From: Dictyostelium discoideum
Taxonomy: Eukaryota
Length of the DNA: 64,000 bases
Direction of reading: 5' to 3'
NCBI GenBank assembly: GCA_000004695.1
Contig: CM000154.2
Span: 672,001 to 736,000 of the forward strand
Made by a program: the position numbers and the translations under genes. A model generated the notes under the pieces. The model saw only the letters and a list, made by a program, of their open reading frames with translations, searched no databases and was not told where the DNA came from. Below are positions 40,806 through 61,544 of the stretch, one piece after another (positions within the stretch are counted from its first letter, which is position 1; the number at the start of each line of letters is the position of its first letter).

Positions 40806-41193
40806 TCACATGTATTTTTTGTATTAAATAGCAGTTACCATATTCAGAATTTACCATTATTCCATTCAAAAATAATATTCAGAATGTGCCCAAGGAGAAA
40901 AAACTAATAATTGCGTTATCCAATTCAAAAAAAGAAAAATATTCAGAATGCGAGATAAAGGTGGAATTGGTTAAGTTTTAGTGAAAAAGTATCTAATATT
41001 CCCTTTTGACGTAAAGGTCCTCTCTGTACATAATAAACCAAAGAAGGATATTACAGTTTTGTAATGAATAGCACTTGGAAAAACCATCAAAATGTTAAAC
41101 CATTAAAAGATTGCACAATAGCCATCCAATATAAAAACATATTAAGAATTTAACCACCAACAAATAATAAAAAAAACTCTTTAAAGATTTTTT

Positions 41194-41405
41194 ATGGCTT
41201 TTTTATTTATTTCTATTTCTATTTCTATTTCTATTTCTATTTCTATTTCTATTTCTATTTCTATTTCTATTTCTATTTCTATTTCTATTTCTATTTCTAT
41301 TTCTATTTCTATTTCTATTTCTATTTCTATTTCTATTTCATTTCTATTTCTATTCTATTCTATTTTATTTTATTTTATTTTATTTTATTTTATTTTATTT
41401 TATTT
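41194..41405. repeat. (ATTTCT)n microsatellite of about 24 units, followed by (ATTTT)n
   Basis: Direct reading. Confidence 0.95.
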
Positions 41406-42242
41406 ATTAAATTTGTGAAAATATCATCACTATCGCCATCATTAATTACTTTAATGATATTTTTATATTTTCGATAAAATTGGTCATCATATAATTGAAT
41501 TGCATCGTTGGGTAAATAAAGCGATGTTAAAGAGGGAGGATGTAATGAAAGATCCAATGAAAAATTTGCAGAGAGTAATATTAGAGTTTCTAAATTTTGA
41601 GGTAATAAATGAGATTCCAATAAAGGAATTTCTTCTAATCCATTTGAAACATAGATTTGTAAAATCTTTAGATTAACTAAATCTGTTAAAAAATCACTTG
41701 CAGAATAATATTGTGGTAACCAGTGAAATGAAAATGATGTTAAATTCTTCAAGTTTGATAATGATCTAATATTCTCTATTTGACTATTATACTGTGACAT
41801 ACTAAAAATAATAGTCTCACAAGATTGTGGTATTGAATCTTGAATAATTGCACGAGTATAACCACAAATTTCTAATGATTTCAAATTCTTTAAATGTGAT
41901 AAACACATAATACCACCAGCACCAGCACCAGCACCAGCACCAGTACCAGTACCAGTACCAGTACCAGCTTCACCATCTTCTGTTGATGATGGAATTAAAT
42001 CACGATCATATAAATTTAAATTTAAATCTGTTATAGAATTTGGTAATAAAGGTAATGTGAAATTTTCCATTCCACCATCCATATTATTTGCTTTGAAATT
42101 TGGAAATGGGTATTTTATATTCAACTTCTTCATTGTTGAATGTAATGTTAATAATGCTTGATCATTTTCAATTAGTTCTCTAGAAATTGATAATGATTCA
42201 ATTGAATTTGGAAATTCTTTAAAATTTTGATTACTATTACTT

Positions 42243-42291
<49 letters not shown>

Positions 42292-43399
42292 GATTATTTT
42301 TACTTTTATTTTTGGTTTCATCTTTTTTTTGAATTGATAAAAATTTTAAAGAATTTGGAAAATTAATAAAATGATTTGTTTTGAATTGGTTTTGATTAAC
42401 AGTTATTTTTAAATCTATTAAATTTGTTAATGATGGTATAAGTAATTCATGATTAAATGGTTGAGATATTTCTAAACTTGTTAATGAAGTTGGTAAGAAA
42501 TTGGTTAGGGATGTTGATGATGGTAATTGATGCAATTCTAGTTGTTTTAAATTTGATGGTAATGAATTACATAGATCAGTACCAATGAAATTCGGAATAC
42601 CACATGATTTTAAAGATGTTATTGAATTTGGTAATACACCTGGTTCAATATCACCTTTGAACGTACCTAAATCTAATGATTTCAATTGTTTATTTGGTAA
42701 TGAACCTTGTAGTAATCGATTCTTATATTTAAAGCCTAAATCCAATTCAATTAAATCATCTGGTAACCAACCTGGTTCAATGGCTAACCTATAGGCATCA
42801 CCAATTTCTAATTTAGTTAATGATTGTGGTAATAGGTTAGGTCCGAGAGGATAGCTATTAAATGATTTACCAATGTATAATGTTTCTAAACCATTTGGTA
42901 TTATAGATTTATTAGTAGTTTGGTCTAGTAAACTTTGTGAAAAAAAGTGACCAAATTTCAAAGTTTTTAAAGTCGTTGATGGAAATAAACCAGATATAAT
43001 TCTTTGATTATTTGAAAAACATGTTGTAAATTTTTTAATAATTTTTGGAAATGGTAATGGTGGTGGTGGTGATGATTCATTTGATTCATTTGATTCATTT
43101 GATTCATCATAATCTTCACTTGTAAATACTTTTTTATATGGTGTCATGGTTGGATTTGGTGTTTCAATAACTTGAACATTTTCTATAAAATATGAAAGTA
43201 ACGGTTCAATTTTATGAATTTCCATTATAGAATTGGATGGAATCGTTATTGTTATATCTCTTAAATATTCTCTTTCTTTATAGTTTTTTAATTGTTCAAT
43301 AGTAAATATCCTATTTGAATAATTTTGATTAAATAGTTTCAAATATTCAATAATTTGATTCTTAATTACAATATTCCTCCATAATTTATAAAATAAAAA

Positions 43400-43463
<64 letters not shown>

Positions 43464-43477
43464 TTTATAATTTCCAT
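41390..43477 (-). CDS. FNIP-repeat-containing protein (Dictyostelium-type FNIP repeats)
   Basis: Single 695-aa ORF with about 22-aa repeats of the type …LPxSLTxLxFGxxFNQxI… (for example LPQSLTKLEIGDAYRLAIEPGWLPDDLIELDLGFKYKNRLLQGSLPNKQLKSLDLG). It has an N-terminal poly-Asn and (GT/GA) Gly-Thr/Gly-Ala runs. Confidence 0.75.
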
Positions 43478-43716
43478 TTTGTGTTTTGTCTTGAAAAGAT
43501 TTTTTTTTTTTTTTATTTTTTTTTTTTTTTTTTTTTTTATTTTATTTTTTTTTTTTTTTTTTTAACAAAATTTTTAAAAAAAAAAAAAACCTCAAAAAAA
43601 AAATAATTTTTATCTATCTATCTTAATCATATTTATTTTATTTTATTTTATTTTTTTTTTTTTTTTAATAATTTCTTTTAATAATTTAGGGAAGGAAAAA
43701 CTTAATTCAATAAAAG

Positions 43717-43751
<35 letters not shown>

Positions 43752-43754
43752 AGA

Positions 43755-49476
<5,722 letters not shown>

Positions 49477-49591
49477 ATTACCAAGAAAACTATTTTATTG
49501 TTATTTTTAATTACAAAATAAATTGTAAAAAAAAAAAAAAAAAAAAAAAGAGAAATTATTTAATTTATTTTTATTTGTTTTTTTATTATTT

Positions 49592-52251
<2,660 letters not shown>

Positions 52252-52441
52252 TTTATAAAATTTTTTAAAAAAAAGAAAAAATTATTGTTGGTGTTTTTAA
52301 TATGGTGTGAAAAAATAAAAAAATAAAAAAAATAAATAAATAAATTTTATAATGAAAGATTTTAGTGTGCGTTTTAAAATAGTGAAAGTAAGTGTGGTAG
52401 GGTTTTTATACAAATAATACTATCTCTTTTGATCCCTTTAC

Positions 52442-52472
<31 letters not shown>

Positions 52473-52796
52473 CAAATTAAATTAAAAAAATTTAAAAAAA
52501 AAAATAAAAAAAAAAAAAATAAAATATTATAAAAAAAATCAAATGTGGTAAAAAATATATATATAAAAAAAAAAGATTTTTTTAAAAAATAATAAAAATA
52601 GTAATTATAATAAAAAAAAAAATGGAAAGAAGTAAAGGGTCTTAGGACTCACTAAAATGGGAAATATATATAATTTTTTTCTTTTTTATTTTTATTTTTT
52701 TTTATTTTTTTTTTATTTTTTTTATTTTTTATTTTTTTTTATTTTTTTTTTTTTTTATTTTTTTTTTTTTTTTAAATTAAACGAAAAAAATAAAAA

Positions 52797-54740
52797 ATGA
52801 TAAGAAATTTATCTATTTGTAAAAATTTTAGTAGTAGTAATAATATTATTAGTATTAAACCAATTTATTTATTAAATATAAAAAGAAATTTTTCAACCAC
52901 TCAACAGCAACAACTTAAAAAAGAAATTAAATCAAATCAAATAGAAGATTTTAATGTAAAGAATAAATGGTTTGATATAAATTCAAGATCAGCATTTTTA
53001 TTATTAAATCAATGTTTTAAATCAATATTTGAAAAAGCATTAACAAAAGAAGAGATTGAAAAAGTATTTAAAAATGAAAAGATTAAATATCAAGCATCTC
53101 TATCAACAGTACCATCAAAGAAAGTATTTGATCATGACTATTCGCTAAGTAATTTAGTGGTAGCATCAATGTTATTAAAAGACAATAATTTAGGTCAAAA
53201 ATTAATTGATGCATTTGAGTCTAATAAATCGGAAATACCCTATTCATCAATGATTGAAAAGTTAGAATTAAGTAATAAAGGTCATTTAAATCTTCGAGTT
53301 TCAGACGAATATTTAACAACTATATTAAAACTATGGATCAACCCTAATGAGGATAAATCGAAATTCCTAATAGATAATTTAAAATTTCAAGACGATGTTA
53401 ATTTAAATGAAATGGAAAAAGAGAATAAACTATTACCAATTAGAAGTAAGAAAGTTTTAGTTGATTTTGCATCACCAAATATGTCAAAGGAATTGCATGT
53501 TGGTCATTTAAGATCGATTGCATTGGGTGAATCAATTTGTAGAATTTTAGAATACATGGGACATGATGTGGAAAGAATTAGTCATGCTGGTGATTTCGGT
53601 ACACCATTGGGAATTGTATTGGCACATTCATTGGAGACCAATGCTGATTATTTAAAACATATTCAAGATCCAACTTGTAAAGATAACGAACCAATTATAC
53701 CAACACCAAAGGAACTATCTGAACTTTATACCACATCAAAGAAAAGAACTAAATCTGATGAACAATTTTCAAAGAGAACACTTTGGACTGCCGCTGAATT
53801 TCAAAAGGGCCCACCAATCTATGACAAAGTTAGTGGAGAACAAATTGGTGGTAGTGATCCAATAGTGTATGATGCATGGTTATCACTTTGTGAAGCATCT
53901 AGAATCGGATTCAATAAAGTGTTTCAAATGTTGGATATTAATGTAAACGAACGTGGTGAATCATTCTATAGGGATATGTTACCTGGTGTAATTGAAGATT
54001 TGACTAAAATGGGATTCGTAGATATTTCAGATGATGGTAGAAAATGTATATTCTTGGATAAAACCAAATGTAAAGATTCTCAAGTTCCAGTAGTAGTTCA
54101 AAAGAGTGATGGTGCTTATCTATACGCCACAACCGATATCGCCGCAATTAAACATCGTGTTGAAAATGGTAAAGAATGGGTCATTGTCATCACTGATGAT
54201 TCACAAAGTGATCATTTCCAACAAGTGTTTAAAATTGCTGAAGATGCAAATTGGTTAAATCGTAAGCAAACTCGTGTTGATCATTTATCATTTGGTGTTG
54301 TTCGTGGTCCCAATGGTCAAAAATTATCATCTCGTGATGGTAATCCAATTGCTTTAATCGATCTATTACAAGAATCAATTGAACGTTCAAAACAAGCTAC
54401 ATCACTTTCAAAATCTTTTACACGTTCTGAAAAATTAGATATTACTCAAAATGCAAATAATGTTGAAATTAATAGAATGCTTGATACTTTTGAAAATAAT
54501 AATAATGATGATAATAATAATGAAACTACAATTGATGAAAAACATTTCCTCAAGATTGGTATGGGTGCATTAAAATATTATGATTTAGCACACAGAAACA
54601 ATCCATATGTTTTTTCTTATGATAGTATTTTATCATTTAAAGGTAATACAAGTATTTATATTTTATATTGTTATACTCGTATTTCAACTTTATTAAGAAG
54701 AGCTAATTTTGATGGTTTAAATTTAAATCCAAAGTATGTA

Positions 54741-54773
<33 letters not shown>

Positions 54774-55090
54774 AAAGTATTAACTTTTTTTTTTTTTTTT
54801 TTTTTTATTTAGTTTGATTGAATTTAAAGAATTTACAGAAAAAGAAAGAAATTTAGTATTTATTATGTCTAGATTTAGTGATGTAATGAAAGGTACAGAA
54901 CAATCATTAAAACCTGGATTTATTTGTGATTACCTTTGGGATCTCGCAAATAGTTTCCATCAATTTTATGAAACTGAAAAAATTATTGGAAATGAAAGAC
55001 AAGATCAAAGATTATTTATTTGTTTGGCAGTTCAAAGAATTTTATCAACCGGTTTACATTTATTAGGTGTTGAAACTGTTGAAAAATTAT

Positions 55091-55092
<2 letters not shown>
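52797..55092 (+). CDS. Arginyl-tRNA synthetase, probable mitochondrial isoform
   Basis: Exons are 52797..54733 and 54813..55092, with a GTATGT donor and a 79-bp intron. Motifs: FASPNMSKELHVGHLRSIALGE (HIGH motif), …VVQKSDGAYLYATTDIAAIKHR…, and the C-terminal DALR domain …DLAHRNNPYVFSYDSI…|LIEFKEFTEKERNLVFIMSRFSDV…LFICLAVQRILSTGLHLLGVETVEKL*. The N-terminus (MIRNLSICKNFSSS…RNFST) is presequence-like. Confidence 0.8.
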
Positions 55093-55128
<36 letters not shown>

Positions 55129-55879
55129 AATTAAGAAATAGAAAAAAAAATAAAATAGAATGAATGTAATAATTTTATATTTTTTTTTTTTTTTTTTTTT
55201 TTTTCAGGGTTTAATTATTTTTATTTATGATTAATTTTTTGTAATTGTTTTTTTTTTATTTTAATAAAATAAATATATTAAATTTTTTTTTAAAAAAATT
55301 AAATTAAAAAAAAATAAAAAAAAAAATGATTTCAAAAACTAATAATACTAAATAGTAAAAAAAATTTTTTTTTTGGTTTTTTGAAAAAGAAGTTCCATCA
55401 AATTCATATAATAATAAATTCCAATCTCATGTCCATCGAAAAAAAGATTTTTTTTTAATTTTTTTTTTTTTTTTTAATTTTTTTTTTTTAATTTTTTTTG
55501 ATTTTTATTTTTATTTTTTTTTTTTTTTTTTTTTTTTACCCAACCTTTTTTTTATTTTTTTATTTTTTTCACACACACATTATCTTTTTGCTTTTTATTT
55601 TGAAAAATAAAATAAAAACTAATCAAAGAGTTGTAGTAAATAAATAAATAAATAAATAAATCACCACTTGTAATATTATATATATATAAATTTATTATTA
55701 TTATTATTATTATTATTTTTTTTTGTATTATTATTATTATTTTTTTTTATTTCCACAAACACCGCAATCACACAACCATTGCCATCAATCACACCCAATA
55801 TATACATTTTAATAAATACGCTCAATAAAAAAAAAAAAAAAAAAAAAAAACCTCAATAAATAAAAGTATATACAGACAC

Positions 55880-55907
<28 letters not shown>

Positions 55908-55910
<3 letters not shown>

Positions 55911-56560
55911 TCAGTAGATCCAAAACAATCAAAAATAGCAGATGTATTCGAAAGATGTGATGTTTTAGAGAGTTTTCCATTTCATGATGATCAATCAGAG
56001 ATTGAAGAACAATCACCAAGTATTGGATATGATGCATATGATAAATCATTGAATTATACAGATAGAGGTGCCTATGAAACTCAATGGTCCGAAGAAACAA
56101 TTGGTATGGAAAAAATGGAAGAAGTTTTAAAACAGGGTGATTCATTCATCAATATGGTCTATACATATCGTTCATGTTCAAAGGCATTACCAACTGTTAA
56201 AACCGCTGAACAAGTTAATAAAACTCAAATCTATGAAGGTAATTTCGAAGTGTTAGAACCAGAGATTAAGAAATTAAAGGATTTCATGTACTTTCAAAAG
56301 GACACAATCAAATTATTTTGTGATCATATTAAAAAATTAGCATCAACCTATGATAAAAAAAAAGAAACAATCTCAGCTTCTGAATCTTTTATCAATTATT
56401 TAGTTCGTATTTTAGATCTCTTAGCAATTTTAGATGCTTTAAAAAATATGAAAGCTTGTTTAAATAATGATTTTTCATTTTTTAAAAGGTAAAAATTAAA
56501 TTAAAAATTAAAAAAAAAAAAAAAAAAAGAAAAAATAATTATTATATAATTTTATATTAA

Positions 56561-56594
<34 letters not shown>

Positions 56595-59500
56595 AATAGA
56601 GCAACTGGATTTTTAAGAAAACAAATGTCAGGTACTGAAGATCAAACTCAAGAGAATCATACATTATATTTATTTTTAGCAAATCAAAATTCAATTACAT
56701 CATCATTGAAATTAGAATTACATAATATTGATAAGTTTGATGATATTTTACCAATGATTGTTAATCAATGTGCAGATTATTTGGAGCAAGAAAAGTATAT
56801 TTTACCAAGTGAAAAACATTGTTTACTTAGAGTTATGCCATTTGTATTGTTTTTAATCGATGAGAATGACTCTAAACATAATATCAACAAGAACAAGAAT
56901 TTGAATATCTCACGTTATGCAAAGATTTTCAAAAAGAATCCAGTCGTACCATTGTATGGTGATATGCAAATCACATTGGAATCATTGGTTAAGAGATCAC
57001 CACATTTCGATGAGAAGGCATGGGGTACCTCAACATTGGATAGTAAATCAGCGTTGGATTACGAGATCATTCATGTTTTGGACCAAACACGTTCCCTCTA
57101 CAACGAGTATATGGCACGTTTTGCAAATATGGTCAACGAGATTAGAGCGGCCAAAGCTCGTGGTCCAAAGGAACCATTGCCATTGGCAGAGTCTGATATT
57201 CAAGCAATCACATTGATGGGTTTGAGGATTCTCTCTGATTGGACCTCAAGAGTACTTCAACAATCGGCTTGGAAATATTCTAAACCAAACAATGATCCAA
57301 CCATTTCAGCAACCTTTGATTATGAACGTGTCGTTAAATTCAATTATACCAAAGAGGAGAGAACCGCTTTGGTTCAATTGATCGCCATGATCAAATCATT
57401 GGCTTCATTGATGATGAAGAGTGAAACATTACTTCAACCAATACTTCGTAAGACCATTCATCAAGAGTTGCAAGAGTTTGTTCAAATCAATCTCAAAGAG
57501 ACCATTAAATCCTTTGTAAAGAATAATCCAAAGAAGAAGGATAACATCAAATTGGAGATGTCACAATTGAAGAATATCTCTGTCGATTGGTTCAGTGGTT
57601 TCGAACCTGCCGAAGCTGTACCAAACAAAAAGAGTAAAGAAGTCGAAGAGAAAGTTCAAATTCCTGCTCGTGCCGTACCACCATCACCAACCCAATTGGA
57701 ATTGATTCTCACTTTGGTCTCATCATTAATGGATAAAAAGAAGGATTTCTCCTCTGATCAATATCGTGACTTTGAAGCATTTAGTAGCAAGGCCTTCTTT
57801 TATCGTTACCTTTTATCATTATCCTCATCAATCATTTCAATCACCGATTTAGCCGATCTTTGGTATCGTGAATTCTATTTAGAATTGAACAATCGTGTAC
57901 AATTTCCAATTGAAACTTCGCTTCCATGGATTCTTACCGATCATATCTTGGAATCAGATGATCCATCATTAATTGAACATCTCTTCTATCCTTTGGGTCT
58001 CTACAATGATACTGCTCAACGTGCTCTCCTAAGTTTAAACCAACGTTTTCTCTACGATGAAATCGAAGCAGAACTCAATCTTTGTTTCGATCAATTACTT
58101 TACAAACTCTCTGGTAAGGTTTATACTCATTTCAAGACTCAAGCAAGTTCTATCCTCTTGGATAAACCATATAAAACTCAATTGGAATTGGCTCATTTCA
58201 ATGGTAAATTACATACACCAAAATCACGTTTCGACGTTTTGCTACGTCAAAAACATATTACCCTCCTTGGTCGTTCCATTGATCTTTGTGGTCTATTGGC
58301 TCAAAGACAAAACAATACCATTCGTCAAAATTTAGATTATGCCATCAGTAGATTCGAAGCTTGCGATTTAACATCGATCGTTGAATTGGAGACCCAAATC
58401 GCCAATATCAAACTCACTCACAAACTCTTATCAGAATACTTTGATATAGATCCATTCGAATCAATCTTTAATGAAATCAATGAGTCCACTTCTTTGGTCT
58501 CTTATCATGGTCGTATTGTACTTCATATTATCTTTGAATTGGTGGCCGATTTCGCTCCAAACTATACCTTCAATTCAATCACTCAACGTTTTATAAAGGC
58601 TCCATACACTTTCACCGAAGAATTGAAACGTGATGCACTTCCAAAAACTAATCCTGTCTTTTTGTTTGGTAATAAATATTTGAATGCTGCCTATGCAAAC
58701 TCGATCGAACTCTACAAGAATTTCATTGGTGTACCACATATTCAATCAATCCTTAGAATCGTTGGTAAAAAGAATCTTCCTTTGATCGTTGCTGAGGTAT
58801 TACGTAATATTGAAATCAAGATCACCAATGTTCTCTCACCATACGTTAGTGAATTACTTCAAGGTATGCCTGCATCGACTAAATTACCAATCTATGATTA
58901 TGGTACTGAAGGTGGCTATGGTTATTTCCAACTTAAATTGAAAGACATTTACATCTATCCAGATTTACGTCCAGAGGTACTTCAAACATTCAGAGAATTG
59001 GGTAACAGTTTGGTATTTATGAATCTTTTGGATCAAGTTATCACTCAAACCGATAGTTATAACTTTGCCAAAGCTGCACCTTTCCTTGGTATCACTCCAG
59101 AGACTTGGAAAGATTTAGAACCATCCACTGAGGATCCAACCCTTCAATCACCATTGTACTCTCAATTACAAAAGTTGGCTCAACTCTTGGAGAGTAGACC
59201 AGAGGTTGCCAAATCTTCACAATCACTCAATGATATGGTTGCAAACGCATGGCGTGCCGATAAATTCTATCGTCCATCCGAACAAAACTTTTCTCTCTTT
59301 AAGAGTGTCCTCCAACGTTTCTCTTCAATCCTTAATATTGTTCGTCATGATTGGTCTGGTGCTCCTCCAGATAATGGTGTCATTTGCGTTGATTCCTCAA
59401 CAGAGTTTTATCGTTTATGGAGTGCCCTTCAATTTGTAATCTGTTGGCCACTCTCAAATGAAAATGATAAATCTTTCCATGAATTGTTTGGTGATGGTTT

Positions 59501-59799
59501 AATGTGGGCCGGTTGTTCATTGATCCATTTCCTTGGTCAACAATATCGTTTCGAATTATTTGATTTCTGTTATCACATTTTAAATGTAGAAGAGGCTGCT
59601 GCTGTTCGTTCAGATAAACCTGCCTTAAAGAATTTCTTTAAGAATGCTCAAATCATCAAAGATATCAATAATCAAATCTTTAGTATACTCAATACATATT
59701 GTCCACCACCACCACCTTCTAATATGATCCTTTCACCACCTGCTACTGAACAAGCTGAACAATTTATAGTTACAACCACTGTTGAAGAACAATCAATTC

Positions 59800-59831
<32 letters not shown>

Positions 59832-60112
59832 CTTCAACAATCAACTTCAAATTCTGGAAGTAGTTTATCACTTTCTGCTGCTGGTGCACCACCTCCACCA
59901 CCACCACCATCAACAAATGGTTTACCACCTCCACCACCAATGGCTGTAAGTAAATCAAAAATAAAATTTATAATAAAAAAAAAAAAAAAAAAAAAATTAA
60001 TAATACTAACATGCTCATAATTTAATAGGAATATGAAATGAGTTCAAGTATTGATGATTTTGCTCCACCCCCACCACCACCATTTGGAATGCCACCACCC
60101 CCACCAATGTAA
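55908..60112 (+). CDS. pirA: CYFIP / PIR121 (Sra1) subunit of the SCAR/WAVE complex
   Basis: Exons are 55908..56488, 56600..59945 and 60029..60112, with donors GTAAAA and GTAAGT. Motifs: [47 protein letters not shown]|[28 protein letters not shown], …[13 protein letters not shown]…. It is collinear with human CYFIP1. The C-terminus carries polyQ and poly-Pro and ends …[27 protein letters not shown], the last 28 aa coming from exon 3. Confidence 0.8.
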
Positions 60113-60426
60113 AAAAAAAAAAATAATAATAATAATAAAAAATCAATTCCAACCTGGAAAATAAAAAAAAAAAAAAATTAATTCCAACTTGGAAAAAAAA
60201 AAAAAAAAAAAGAACAATAATTTGGTACACTACAAAAAAAAAATAAAAAAATAATAAATGGTATTTAATAATAAAATAATAAAAAAAAAAAAATGATAGA
60301 TATAGTTAATGTATAATTAATACACCTATTTTTATTTTTTTATTTATTTTTTTTATTATTTTTTTTTTTTATTATTTTATTACCATTCAAAATTTAATGG
60401 GTACTTGGTGTTTTACACATCCATTA

Positions 60427-60472
<46 letters not shown>

Positions 60473-61544
60473 CTAATGTAATACATTAAAAAGTTAATCC
60501 CTAATACAATGAAAGTAACAACTAAAAAAATAATTATTCAATTTTTTTTTTTTTCATTTTTTTTTTTTTTTTTTTCCACACACAATCATTTCAAAATACT
60601 ATTTTAACACAATGATTACACATATATTTGATTATTTATATATTGTTATTTACATGTGGGTGAGGGGGGTAATCGAAAATGTAGTTTAAAAAAAATTGTA
60701 TTCTCATACACCCACATTCATTCACACTTAATCTATATACAAATATAAATTACAAAAAGCAAAAAAATTATGCACATCCACAATCTACCATGTTAATAAA
60801 ATTCATTTGAAAATAATAATAAACAAACAATGATCCATTGTACAAATTTTTGATTTTAAAATTATTATTATTATTTTTATTATTATATATATTTTTTTTT
60901 TTTTTTTTTTGGTGATAGTGGTGATATATTTTCAGTATACTTAATTTAATTTATTTAATAGAAAATAATAATAAAAAATTAAAAAACAAAAAAAAAAAAA
61001 AAAAAAAAAAAAAGCATTTATATTATTATTAATATAATCATAAAGATAGGGAGTTCTCAATTTTATTCAAAAAAAAAAGTAATATAAAAAAAAATTAAAA
61101 AAAAAATTGTTAGGTAAATTAAATTTTATTTCAATAATTTAAAAATTTATTTTATTGGTTGATATTAATGTTCAAATAATATTTTTTAGAAGAATTTTTT
61201 TTTATTATTTTTTTTTTTTTTTTTTTTTTTTGAACTTTACAATTTTATATATTAAAAAAAAAAAAGATTGTAAATAATAATAAACAAACAAAAAAAAAAA
61301 AAAAACAAACAAAATAATAATATAACAGGAAAAAAAAAAAAAAATAAAGTATGTTCATATTTATTAATAATCAAAAAATAAATTATAAATAGAATTATTA
61401 ATATTTTTAAAATTTTATCCTTTTTTAGTTTTTTTCAATTTTTTTTAATTTGTACATAGGAAAAAAAAAATAGTAAAAGAAAAAGAAAAAAGAAAAAAAG
61501 AAAAAAGAAAAAAAAGAAAAAAAGAAAAAAAAAATAAACAAAAT

